In this document: positions 9,801-17,728 of the stretch, piece by piece
How the letters are laid out: each line of letters begins with the position of its first letter
Numbering within the stretch: the stretch's first letter is position 1
Virus record (IMG/VR): IMGVR_UViG_3300005323_000358
Coordinates: 1 to 30,213 of that record
Source: a virus
Lineage: Duplodnaviria; Caudoviricetes
Reading direction: 5' to 3' (one strand)
DNA length: 30,213 nt
Program-made: the position numbers and the translations under genes
Notes under the pieces: generated by a model
Database searches by the model: none
Told to the model about the DNA's origin: nothing
What the model saw: the letters and a program-made list of their open reading frames with translations, nothing else

Positions 9801-9999
9801 AATCAGATGGTATATTTAATTCCTTTTCTGGTAATGTTTTAGTTATATCTATTTCAAATAAATTGTACCCAAATTTACTTTCAGTCTTAAACTTTTCCAT
9901 ATATTGTTCAGCTAATTCCCTTGAAATAAATATACCGACAGGCCATCTATCTTCCCAATCTTCTTCCATTAATAAATAAACTTTATTATCGGTTAACAT
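9799..9999 (-). CDS. Hypothetical phage protein
   Basis: 66 aa, KVYLL...VGIF.SRE.AE pattern common in small phage proteins; RBS GAGGTGA. Confidence 0.65.
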   Translation of the reverse strand: MLTDNKVYLLMEEDWEDRWPVGIFISRELAEQYMEKFKTESKFGYNLFEIDITKTLPEKELNIPSD

Positions 10000-10012
10000 T
10001 AACTCATCACCT

Positions 10013-10225
10013 CTATTTAGACGGCTTTACACTTACTACTATATCTGATTTTAAAAACAACTTATCACGCAGTGTTTGCTTTACTGGTGTCAATTTACCA
10101 CCCTGCACTATCTTATCTATGTTCTGACGTGAACACCCCTTTAGCTCAGCTACTTCCATAGTGGTAATAATATTTTCGGCTATAAACTTTTTCAATTCAT
10201 CGTCTGATTCAAAAACATATTTCAT
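10013..10225 (-). CDS. Small HTH DNA-binding protein
   Basis: ITTMEVAELKGCSRQNI...V..GKLTP, a MerR/excisionase-like HTH. Confidence 0.8.
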   Translation of the reverse strand: MKYVFESDDELKKFIAENIITTMEVAELKGCSRQNIDKIVQGGKLTPVKQTLRDKLFLKSDIVVSVKPSK

Positions 10226-10392
10226 TTTACAAACCGTCCTAAAATCCTATTAGCAACTATCACCACTAATGCCACAACTGTCAGTATGTCGGCTGTATTT
10301 TGTAACGAACTACCATTCTCTTGACGTGTTAAATAATACAATGCTGTACACATCACAAAAAACATATCACCATTTCTTTTAAACCATTTCAT
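10222..10392 (-). CDS. Small membrane protein (56 aa)
   Basis: Read by hand: MKWFKRNGDMFFVMCTALYYLTRQENGSSLQNTADILTVVALVVIVANRILGRFVK. ATGA overlap with the HTH gene. An in-frame ATG also exists at 10401. Confidence 0.65.
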   Translation of the reverse strand: MKWFKRNGDMFFVMCTALYYLTRQENGSSLQNTADILTVVALVVIVANRILGRFVK

Positions 10393-10426
10393 ATTTTCCA
10401 TTGCAAGTGTTATAATATATTTGGGT

Positions 10427-10447
10427 GAGGGTGTTTTTCACACCCTC
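10427..10447. other. Intergenic hairpin
   Basis: GAGGGTGT-ttttc-ACACCCTC, 8-bp stem. Confidence 0.6.
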
Positions 10448-10457
10448 TGGAACTGGC

Positions 10458-10649
10458 TCATCTTTTCCGCTTTTGCTTGACTGGCTGGCGGTTTGGGTGA
10501 GTCTTTTGCTTTAGTCTCGCCTTTAGCTTTCTAGCTATCCATTTCAATCCTTTCAACATTCTTTCGAGTAGTTGAATGCCATTATTTACGATTGCTAGAA
10601 GAGCCGCTGTGATGACTACCATTTCCTTAACCCTGTCATCGACTTGCAA
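10458..10649 (-). CDS. Small protein with a hydrophobic N-terminal helix and a basic tail
   Basis: Strong RBS AAAGGAGGT before TTG; MVVITAALLAIVNNGI followed by a K/R-rich C-terminus. Confidence 0.7.
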   Translation of the reverse strand: MQVDDRVKEMVVITAALLAIVNNGIQLLERMLKGLKWIARKLKARLKQKTHPNRQPVKQKRKR

Positions 10650-10674
10650 TTTATTACCTCCTTTCCATGTATTA

Positions 10675-10706
10675 ATTATATCATTTTAGTTGCTTTGTGT
10701 CAACTA
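10675..10706 (-). promoter_or_regulatory. Consensus sigmaA promoter with overlapping palindromic operator
   Basis: TTGACA-17-TATAAT with extended TG; TAGTTG-N8-CAACTA (10687-10706) covers the -35. Confidence 0.85.
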
Positions 10707-10752
10707 TTTTTATTGATTTATTACCATATTTGTTATATTTTACAGTGTTTTT

Positions 10753-11151
10753 TTAATCTCTAAACGTCCTTAGCTCCTGTACTTTAAGATCAATCAGTTT
10801 CTTTACTCCCTGGTACTGCTTATCTCGCCCTTCTAATTCAGCTTTACCCATGATCAACAATACTTCTGCCTGTTCTAATAAAGTTGCCATCTCAATCACA
10901 TATGGCTCACCTTCAGCCATAGCTTTAATAAGTGTCGCGGATCTCACATCTTTATGTATTACAATAGCTTTCCCTAATGCATTCTTATAAGCTCTTTGGG
11001 CTGACTTAAAGCCAATTTCATAACCACCGACTATCTTGGATAATCTTGCTACCTCATTGGATAACCTGCAACCTAACTGGTTAAGCTCTTTAGCTTCTAA
11101 GTCTTCCGATATAAATTCTGGCAATGTACTTGGATCGTACCCATTACTCAT
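10753..11151 (-). CDS. Hypothetical helical phage protein
   Basis: 132-aa ORF in the late operon; no family recognised. Confidence 0.7.
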   Translation of the reverse strand: MSNGYDPSTLPEFISEDLEAKELNQLGCRLSNEVARLSKIVGGYEIGFKSAQRAYKNALGKAIVIHKDVRSATLIKAMAEGEPYVIEMATLLEQAEVLLIMGKAELEGRDKQYQGVKKLIDLKVQELRTFRD

Positions 11152-11263
11152 AATCTATACCTATAGCAAATAAGCCTATAAATATCTCAAATCTTTTTCA
11201 CTCTTTATGCCAAGCAAAACCTATCATAAAGTTAAATGGATGTAATATATAACAATCAATCAT
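11144..11263 (-). pseudogene. 39-codon ORF with one in-frame TGA
   Basis: MIDCYILHPFNFMIGFAWHKE*KRFEIFIGLFAIGIDYE; overlaps both neighbours; TGA at 11198-11200. Confidence 0.4.
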
Positions 11264-11577
11264 TTGCTTCCCCCCCACTCTTTTGGATATAAATTGCTTA
11301 GATATTCAATACACTGCCGTTTTATTTCTACAAGACCTTCTTTGCCGTGATGACGTATCTGATGGCAACGCTCACATAGTAAGCAGGCTTTTTCAATCCT
11401 ATCTTCCTTATCGGGTCCACATGGTTCATGATGAAATTTCTCCCCAGGTAAAACATAACGACCACACCCGCTGATTATGCAAGTATGGTCGTCTCGTTCA
11501 TGAATATCTGTATTAAGTTGTGCTAATGCCCTACCCGTTAGTCTTATCTTCTTTTCTTTCTGCATTAATTTTGCCAA
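11260..11577 (-). CDS. HNH endonuclease
   Basis: ERDDHTC...CG, FHHEP, LLCERCHQIRH. Confidence 0.85.
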   Translation of the reverse strand: MAKLMQKEKKIRLTGRALAQLNTDIHERDDHTCIISGCGRYVLPGEKFHHEPCGPDKEDRIEKACLLCERCHQIRHHGKEGLVEIKRQCIEYLSNLYPKEWGGSK

Positions 11578-11607
11578 TTAATAACACCACCTTGTATTAT
11601 ATACAGC

Positions 11608-11637
11608 AAAAACCGCCTACAAATTCGTAGGCGGTTT
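11608..11637 (-). terminator. Terminator-like hairpin in the late leader
   Basis: AAACCGCCTAC-aaattc-GTAGGCGGTTT with a T run on the minus strand. Confidence 0.65.
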
Positions 11638-11666
11638 AATTATGTTCGTATTTATTTTATGCTACC

Positions 11667-11711
11667 ATATTACCACATTCGTTTAGACACTGTCCAGACA
11701 CGTTTCCGACA
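11667..11711 (-). promoter_or_regulatory. Putative late promoter with activator-binding repeats
   Basis: Three TGTC repeats at 11-bp spacing, then TG-g-TAATAT; no -35; lies at the 3' end of the activator gene. Confidence 0.55.
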
Positions 11712-12213
11712 TTCCACTGATACTATCAATGCCGAAAATCAAAGCACTTAATCTATCTTCAGCAGCTCTTAAATCTCTTAAGCATGTTCTTTCGTCAACA
11801 TCTTCAATAATTGCAATGTCCGCTAATTTCTTATTGTCAAAATAATATTGTTTTAATACCCTACTTCTTCTTACTTCTATATCTCCATTTTTATCACAAT
11901 ATATTTGATAAATTTCTAGCATAGTTCTAATATGAGACATTATTATATTAGTTCTTTTTACAGATTTTTTAATTGAATTAATATAAATAAATTCATCTAT
12001 ATCGTCAATTTCATCTAAAACATCAATAGCAGCACCGCAATAAATCGCTTTATCAATATGATCTTTTAAATGATTATAATGTTTGAGTAATAATCTTGTA
12101 TTCCTTAGTCTTCGGTCTTGCCTAGACTTTACTGCTTTAACCTTTTGCTTATCATTATATTCTAGAGTGGCTTTAGCAATTCGGTCTATTAATTCTGCTT
12201 CGGATATAGTCAC
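11683..12213 (-). CDS. Late transcription activator, ArpU/RinA-like
   Basis: RLRNTRLLLKHY; C-terminal sigma4-like HTH (VLKQYYF...LADIA..EDVDERTC.RD...A...LS.LIFG); last early gene before HNH/terminase. Confidence 0.78.
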   Translation of the reverse strand: MTISEAELIDRIAKATLEYNDKQKVKAVKSRQDRRLRNTRLLLKHYNHLKDHIDKAIYCGAAIDVLDEIDDIDEFIYINSIKKSVKRTNIIMSHIRTMLEIYQIYCDKNGDIEVRRSRVLKQYYFDNKKLADIAIIEDVDERTCLRDLRAAEDRLSALIFGIDSISGMSETCLDSV

Positions 12214-12297
12214 CCTTCATCACCCCACTAATTATTAAACATACAGATAGGGAGGTCTAGCCTCCCTTTATAAATTACCGTTTTTTATCATAATTCC

Positions 12298-12322
12298 AAA
12301 TGTGTCCGAATTGGACACATTT
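12298..12322. repeat. Palindrome directly after parA (parS-like or terminator)
   Basis: AAATGTGTCC-gaatt-GGACACATTT. Confidence 0.55.
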
Positions 12323-12323
12323 T

Positions 12324-13082
12324 TTATTCGCCTAAATATTCTTTTACCAAAGCTAGATAATCCTTTGCCGCTTTGCAGTTTTTAGAGTATTGCACAATCG
12401 GTTCACAGCTAAAGGTACTTTCATCAATCTTTACTGTACGGCTGATTGATGTTTTAAACATTGGATACTTACAGCCATTATTTAACCAATCTTCCCCCTG
12501 GGTATTTACCTTATTTTTCGTGTAATGGGTTATTAGGCAACCTTTGAAGTGTAGCGATGGATTCAATTCTTTAAGTTCTTCAAACTGCTCTATTAGCTGA
12601 TCGAGGCCATCAAAGCTGAATTGATCTATTTTTATCGGCACAATAACCTCATGAGCAGCAACTAGTCCATTGATTACGCTAATATTAATGTCAGGAGCAT
12701 TATCTATAATGCAATAGTCATATTCTGACTTGACTTGCTGTAATGCTTTTTTTAATATCGTTTGCTGTTGGCGTGACATATCCATGATGATTGCTAAATT
12801 AGCATTCAATAGGTTCATATTCGCACTGATTAGGTCTAGCCCAGGATGTTGGGTTTTATTAATCACTTTATGAATATCAAAATTCTTTTCAGTTAATAAA
12901 TCGGCTATGGTTAGCATTTCATAGTTATGTAATTTGAAAAACTTTGACGTATTGCCCTGTTTATCATTATCTATGAGCAGTACCCTTTTGCCGTGGACCG
13001 TTGCTAGTATGTGAGCCATGTTGATAGAGGTTATAGTCTTTGCTACGCCACCTTTTAAATTTAATATAGATATAATTTCCAT
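12324..13082 (-). CDS. parA: ParA/Soj-family ATPase
   Basis: NLKGGVAKT, LIDNDKQGN, YCIIDNAP, AAKDY. Confidence 0.92.
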   Translation of the reverse strand: MEIISILNLKGGVAKTITSINMAHILATVHGKRVLLIDNDKQGNTSKFFKLHNYEMLTIADLLTEKNFDIHKVINKTQHPGLDLISANMNLLNANLAIIMDMSRQQQTILKKALQQVKSEYDYCIIDNAPDINISVINGLVAAHEVIVPIKIDQFSFDGLDQLIEQFEELKELNPSLHFKGCLITHYTKNKVNTQGEDWLNNGCKYPMFKTSISRTVKIDESTFSCEPIVQYSKNCKAAKDYLALVKEYLGE

Positions 13083-13099
13083 ACTTATCTCTCCTCTTT

Positions 13100-13570
13100 T
13101 TATGCTACATCAAATAATTTACCCTGTGCCCTATCGCCATTAATATAAAGCTCACACTCGGCGTATAATTTGTATAAAGCTTCAATACATTTATCTGGTA
13201 AGAGTTGCTTCTCATCGGCAGGAGCATCGGAATAAGATTCTGATGCTTTATGAGGAGTATTTAGGTTTAAATTGCAGTTTGATTTACTTAGTTTCATTTG
13301 TGAACTGATTGTTGCACCCATTACCTCATTTTCACCGCCGTAGGATACCGATACGCTTCGTACTTCTATTCTTTCAAGGTACTCCCCAGGAAGTTCACAC
13401 ATTTGAATAACATAAGGGGCTAAATTCCCTATTGCTTGATAAAATTCAGGTCGTGCCTGATCCGAACAAGTAAATGAATATTCATCCCATGATCCTGTTC
13501 TTACTTGCTTTTCATGGGTTATAGATATTTTGTTATCAGAAGTTACTTTCACTTTTCTTATCCTAATCAC
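13100..13570 (-). CDS. Hypothetical phage protein
   Basis: 156-aa ORF with RBS, ends YINGDRAQGKLF. Confidence 0.75.
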   Translation of the reverse strand: MIRIRKVKVTSDNKISITHEKQVRTGSWDEYSFTCSDQARPEFYQAIGNLAPYVIQMCELPGEYLERIEVRSVSVSYGGENEVMGATISSQMKLSKSNCNLNLNTPHKASESYSDAPADEKQLLPDKCIEALYKLYAECELYINGDRAQGKLFDVA

Positions 13571-13593
13571 CTTATCCCGCCCCTCCCGTAATT

Positions 13594-14091
13594 TTAATAA
13601 GCCGTACTTGATACTAATGCCACACCATTATCGTAATACCAACCACCTTCATTGATAAATTCAAACATAACTACCTTATCTTTGTTATATTCATCAAGGT
13701 TTACTGTTAGTTTTAATGCTTCTAATACAGTAACTGGTGTACAATCTTCAACCTCAATATCATCAAAACTTTTGTGATGCTCTATAACTTGTTCTTGCGA
13801 ATCACCTAAATACCAGTGACTTTCTCCATCTTCAACAACGAACAGTAATTTACCATCTTTATTGACGGCCTGTTTTGTTTCTCGTTCTTCCATATATTTT
13901 TTTACTTTGCCTTCACAGCCCATGCAGCAACTTTTTACCTTTGTCCAATCTTCGGTTTTCGGTTCACCTGGAACCCAATTGGGATTAAAAAATATCCTTT
14001 CCCAACTAAAATCCAGTTCACGTTCACAGAAGAAGCATTTATCTGCATTACCTAACTCTGCCATGGCAGCGTCCTCCATCTCATTTATCAT
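13594..14091 (-). CDS. Hypothetical protein with N-terminal CxxC/CxxC
   Basis: CFFC...CCMGC; acidic. Confidence 0.7.
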   Translation of the reverse strand: MINEMEDAAMAELGNADKCFFCERELDFSWERIFFNPNWVPGEPKTEDWTKVKSCCMGCEGKVKKYMEERETKQAVNKDGKLLFVVEDGESHWYLGDSQEQVIEHHKSFDDIEVEDCTPVTVLEALKLTVNLDEYNKDKVVMFEFINEGGWYYDNGVALVSSTAY

Positions 14092-14198
14092 TATCCCGCC
14101 CCCTATACTTACTCTGCTATAATATCCATTTGCTTACCTTTTGCCAGTAATTCAGCCCTCTTGTCAGTTAAATAAAACTACTGCTGTATCCTTATTCA

Positions 14199-14429
14199 TC
14201 ACTTACCACCTAATTTAACCTTTCCGTCTTCATCAGCTTTGGCTAATATCTTAAGACAACGCTTGCAGGTTACTTCTTCCGCTTTAGCTTCATAAACGAC
14301 ATCATCTATATTCCAAACACCGCTACAAACGCTAAGATGCTTAATTTCACGCCCTATGCGAAACTTACTTCCACAATTCAGAATCTTTTTTCTTTTAACA
14401 ATGTTAACAAGTCCTATAAAAGCCATCAC
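14199..14429 (-). CDS. Small Zn-binding hypothetical protein
   Basis: H...C...VTCKRC; ATGA overlap with the upstream gene. Confidence 0.6.
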   Translation of the reverse strand: MMAFIGLVNIVKRKKILNCGSKFRIGREIKHLSVCSGVWNIDDVVYEAKAEEVTCKRCLKILAKADEDGKVKLGGK

Positions 14430-14629
14430 TTCGCCCCCTCAATACATTTACGCCACTCAGGACAGGCGGCATTAGCAAAATGCACACTACTATGTCTTTT
14501 TTGCTCAACTCGCAAGCGGCAAGCACCAAATCTATATGTATTTAACACCCTTGCTGAAATATACTCAGCGCAATTGCAACATTTCGGCTGTCCTTTTCTA
14601 CCGCGATTATCTTTCATCCATTCCCTCAA
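14426..14629 (-). CDS. Small Cys-rich hypothetical protein
   Basis: CCNC..C..ACPEW; RBS GGGGAG. Confidence 0.6.
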   Translation of the reverse strand: MREWMKDNRGRKGQPKCCNCAEYISARVLNTYRFGACRLRVEQKRHSSVHFANAACPEWRKCIEGAK

Positions 14630-14759
14630 CTCCCCGTATATTTATATAGAATTTGGCAATACTACTAGTGACATAAATTAATCTCTTTTCATTGGCTCTA
14701 TTCTTGGGGCTATTTTTTTATCCCGCCCCCTCTAATTAGCTATAAGCTTATTGCTTGTA

Positions 14760-14963
14760 CTATTTAACAACCTCGCCCGATTTAACTAAAACCAAGACAT
14801 ATGGGTCTTTAGCATCTGCAGGATAATGAGCAGGATGCACATGTTGTTTATTTAACATATCCCTTAGTTTCCTGGCATCTGCAAGTGTTTCACTATGGTG
14901 TTCTGCCCTTAAGTTGTAAATATTAACGATAAGATAACAATGGGTAACTTGAATTGCTTTCAT
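14760..14963 (-). CDS. Hypothetical protein
   Basis: MKAIQVTH...; likely ATG 14963 (track start 14990). Confidence 0.55.
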   Translation of the reverse strand: MKAIQVTHCYLIVNIYNLRAEHHSETLADARKLRDMLNKQHVHPAHYPADAKDPYVLVLVKSGEVVK

Positions 14964-14986
14964 ATTATTACGCCCACCTTGTATGG

Positions 14987-15217
14987 TCATTGTTCTTCAT
15001 CTCCTCTATAAAAATCCAATTTCTGTCCATCTCGCTCATTACAATTCATCCTCCGGTAATAGCTTACTGCCTGTTCGAATTTGCAGTCTTTTTCCATTTG
15101 GTCAATAAAGCTGTAAAATCTATCGCTATCTTGACTAATGTTACAAGGAATAACGCATATCGTAACCCCTTGTTCATAAAGCTGTTTTGCTTCTGTTTTG
15201 GTCAGTTTCACCATCAT
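14987..15217 (-). CDS. Hypothetical protein
   Basis: 76 aa, overlaps its neighbours. Confidence 0.6.
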   Translation of the reverse strand: MMVKLTKTEAKQLYEQGVTICVIPCNISQDSDRFYSFIDQMEKDCKFEQAVSYYRRMNCNERDGQKLDFYRGDEEQ

Positions 15218-15924
15218 TCTTCATCATCCCTAGTAATAAATTTATCGATAATCTTATTTCCGCAGAATGGGCAGTATTTAGAATCAATATTTTGCTGATC
15301 ATCACAAGGTATCTCTTCATCAACCTCAATGGCAATAACGCAACCATTACATATTTGTCGGCCACATTCCTTGCAGTTATATATTGCATCGTCATCCGGG
15401 TTATCTGTGTCTCGACAGCAATCGCATAAATAATATTTAGATATCCCTTTTTCATATTTACTGAACAATTCAGCCATTGTCATACCGTTTTGCTTTGCTA
15501 AATCAGTACATAAAGCACATACATTTCTAGGTTGCGAAGCTCCTATTTCATCACATAGGTATTCGGTCAAATATTGGTATTCTCGCGGTGTACTAAGCCG
15601 ATCAACTACAGGAAGTTCCTTGTTTTCTTCTTCCTGTTCTTCTCTACCAGCACCATCCCACGCTTTGATGTAATGATTATTAATCTTAAAACGCCGATGA
15701 ACTAACCCCATGTTTGATCCTTCGGCTGCTCTCCACCATTCTTCATCTTGATATGATTTTTCTTCCGTGGCTGACAGTTTTTCAAATTCTTCTTGGCTAA
15801 GTTCCCAAACTTGATATGTACCGCCGCCATACCGTGTACCTTCCCATGTCTTTTTTGCTTGAATTCCCGTCCGCGCAAAATAGCTATCCATGCTACCTGC
15901 TAAAATTTCTATTCTTATATCCAT
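15214..15924 (-). CDS. Hypothetical protein with C-terminal Zn-finger cysteines
   Basis: CDCC, CKEC, CNGC, CPFC; good RBS. Confidence 0.72.
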   Translation of the reverse strand: MDIRIEILAGSMDSYFARTGIQAKKTWEGTRYGGGTYQVWELSQEEFEKLSATEEKSYQDEEWWRAAEGSNMGLVHRRFKINNHYIKAWDGAGREEQEEENKELPVVDRLSTPREYQYLTEYLCDEIGASQPRNVCALCTDLAKQNGMTMAELFSKYEKGISKYYLCDCCRDTDNPDDDAIYNCKECGRQICNGCVIAIEVDEEIPCDDQQNIDSKYCPFCGNKIIDKFITRDDEE

Positions 15925-15927
15925 TTC

Positions 15928-16050
15928 TTATCCCGCCCTCCCCATTATTACCTCACGCCTACCATCCTTATAGACGATATACGCCAAAATTTTATATTTA
16001 CGCCGTATCCACTTCCAACTAGATTTTGCACTGACCTGCTTCAGTTTCAT
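15928..16050 (-). CDS. 40-aa basic hypothetical protein
   Basis: Read by hand: MKLKQVSAKSSWKWIRRKYKILAYIVYKDGRREVIMGRAG; ATGA overlap with 16047..16277. Confidence 0.5.
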   Translation of the reverse strand: MKLKQVSAKSSWKWIRRKYKILAYIVYKDGRREVIMGRAG

Positions 16051-16277
16051 GACGCGCCTTTAGCTAGTACGGGCCTGTCCTGCCACTTGCCCTTTGATAG
16101 CTTATACCGGGCAAATACTATCAGTTTGGGATCTGGTGCTTTTTCCTCATCTGAGAAATGATACTTTCTTTTTTCTAGGTCAACCATCAGAATGAAATTC
16201 TTCAACCCGTTTTCCTCGGCATGTTCTTTTGCAGCACTTCTTGCCGTGCCTTTGGATGGATATGGAATGCTTATCAT
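16047..16277 (-). CDS. Hypothetical protein
   Basis: 76 aa, RBS and ATGA overlap. Confidence 0.65.
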   Translation of the reverse strand: MISIPYPSKGTARSAAKEHAEENGLKNFILMVDLEKRKYHFSDEEKAPDPKLIVFARYKLSKGKWQDRPVLAKGAS

Positions 16278-16744
16278 GCTATCCCGCCCTCCTTCAATTC
16301 ATCATATAAATCTTTCAACTCTGGCGTAATATAGTCACATCCAATTGAATCTTCTAACGCCCCACACAGCACCGCAACCTGCGATCCCAACTTATTAGCC
16401 ACATTCATCCACATTTCCATGTCTTTAATAGCTTGATTATAATCTTTCTCCAGCTTCCCGATTTTCTTTGACAGTTCGCCTGCTCGTTTTGACTGTTCAA
16501 TATAATCTGCTTGAAAATAATCACGCATTTTTTCTACCTGCTCCAGCTTGGCGCGCAACTTAATATTTTCTCTTTCCACGCCCTCAACGGCATCAGCTAA
16601 TTTATACCCATTTGCCACATATTCATCTGTTATATTTGCAAACTCTTTATTTTTAGCACGAAGGTCGGCGTTTTCTTTTTCCAGCTTGGCAATAGCATCC
16701 AGGGCAACATCTGCCATTCTTTCTGCAATATCGTTCTGTCGCAT
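16274..16744 (-). CDS. Coiled-coil hypothetical protein
   Basis: Heptad pattern; likely start MRQND at 16744 because another gene occupies 16746-16913. Confidence 0.65.
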   Translation of the reverse strand: MRQNDIAERMADVALDAIAKLEKENADLRAKNKEFANITDEYVANGYKLADAVEGVERENIKLRAKLEQVEKMRDYFQADYIEQSKRAGELSKKIGKLEKDYNQAIKDMEMWMNVANKLGSQVAVLCGALEDSIGCDYITPELKDLYDELKEGGIA

Positions 16745-16745
16745 C

Positions 16746-16913
16746 TCACTCACCGCTACCACCGTCCTGTTCTTTTTCAATAACATAAAATTGATATCCA
16801 CATTCACATTTCGCTGAACCATCACCGCAAAAGCTGTAAACACGTTCGCCACATTTAGGACAGTATTGTATTTCATTAGTATCTGATACACCGCTAACTA
16901 ATCCATAACTCAT
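16746..16913 (-). CDS. 55-aa Zn-ribbon protein
   Basis: Read by hand: MSYGLVSGVSDTNEIQYCPKCGERVYSFCGDGSAKCECGYQFYVIEKEQDGGSGE; RBS AAAGGTGG. Confidence 0.65.
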   Translation of the reverse strand: MSYGLVSGVSDTNEIQYCPKCGERVYSFCGDGSAKCECGYQFYVIEKEQDGGSGE

Positions 16914-17059
16914 TTTTCAATACCACCTTTACTACTTAACATGCAGTTTTTCTCACGTTCACGTAATTGTTGAAGCTCCTGGAGCATCCCAAGCAACTTT
17001 ATATAATCCTTGCTACTTAGGCGAAAATTATCTTCAAGTATTTTTAGTGCTTCTTTCAT
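16910..17059 (-). CDS. 49-aa hypothetical protein
   Basis: Read by hand: MKEALKILEDNFRLSSKDYIKLLGMLQELQQLREREKNCMLSSKGGIEK; ATGA overlap downstream. Confidence 0.5.
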   Translation of the reverse strand: MKEALKILEDNFRLSSKDYIKLLGMLQELQQLREREKNCMLSSKGGIEK

Positions 17060-17131
17060 TCCCCCGCCCCCGTTGCATAAGATTCTTTGCTTTTTTAAGG
17101 TTCCGTTTACTTCTCTGCCCTGGGAGCTGGC

Positions 17132-17548
17132 CTAAAAAGGGATTTCTTCGCTATCTTCTGGATCTACCTCTGTCCCAAAACTGCTCATATTATATCCCTC
17201 TTTGGCAGGAGCAGGACTGGTATTATTGTTATTACTTACAGCCTGTTTCGTGTCCAAAAACTCTACATTTTGAGCAACGACCTCAGTTGTGCGCCGTTTC
17301 TGTCCGTCTTTTTCATACTGACTAATTTGCAAACGTCCTTCAACCAGCACATTGCGGCCTTTGGTAAGGTTATTCCCACAAATCTCAGCCAGCTTGTCCC
17401 ATACCACTATAGGAATAAAATCCGCCCGTTTATTTTCTCCAAACCCCGTATTCACTGCCACGCTAAATGAAGCTACTGCCGTACCCTTTTGGGTATAGCG
17501 CACTTCTGGATCTTTGGTCAAACGACCAACTAATATAACCTTGTTCAA
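17132..17548 (-). CDS. ssb: Single-stranded DNA-binding protein
   Basis: NKVILVGRLTKDPEVRYT, ADFIPIVVW, VEGRLQ and acidic EEIPF tail; TTG start 17548. Confidence 0.97.
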   Translation of the reverse strand: MNKVILVGRLTKDPEVRYTQKGTAVASFSVAVNTGFGENKRADFIPIVVWDKLAEICGNNLTKGRNVLVEGRLQISQYEKDGQKRRTTEVVAQNVEFLDTKQAVSNNNNTSPAPAKEGYNMSSFGTEVDPEDSEEIPF

Positions 17549-17728
17549 GCTCTTTTCCCCCTTTTCATCCCCATCTTGGGACATTTTATAGTTCTTTCAT
17601 GTATTAACAACCACTGATTATTACTGCGTCCTATGAGATAATTTCATTAAGATAACTTTTGTCGGAATAACAGCAAACTATCTGACAAGAATCTCTGATA
17701 CTATGTTATTAACAGGCCAATTAGAGAA

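Noticed and set aside
14108-14199. Possible frameshifted micro-ORF (MNKDTAVVL / LTDKRAELLAKGKQMDIIAE)
   Set aside because: Too short to support without homologues.
15174-15455. 93-aa minus-strand ORF
   Set aside because: Alternative frame nested in the Zn-finger gene 15214..15924.
13573-16292. GGGCGGGATA repeats, and the 10-bp repeats at 24871, as a CRISPR array
   Set aside because: Repeats are too short, spacing is irregular or tandem, and no cas genes are present.
16745-16891. N-terminal extension of ORF 16274..16891
   Set aside because: The region is better explained by the 55-aa Zn-ribbon gene in another frame.
17585-17728. Imperfect inverted repeat between rep and ssb as a single-strand origin
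   Set aside because: Weak pairing and no recognisable sso motif.
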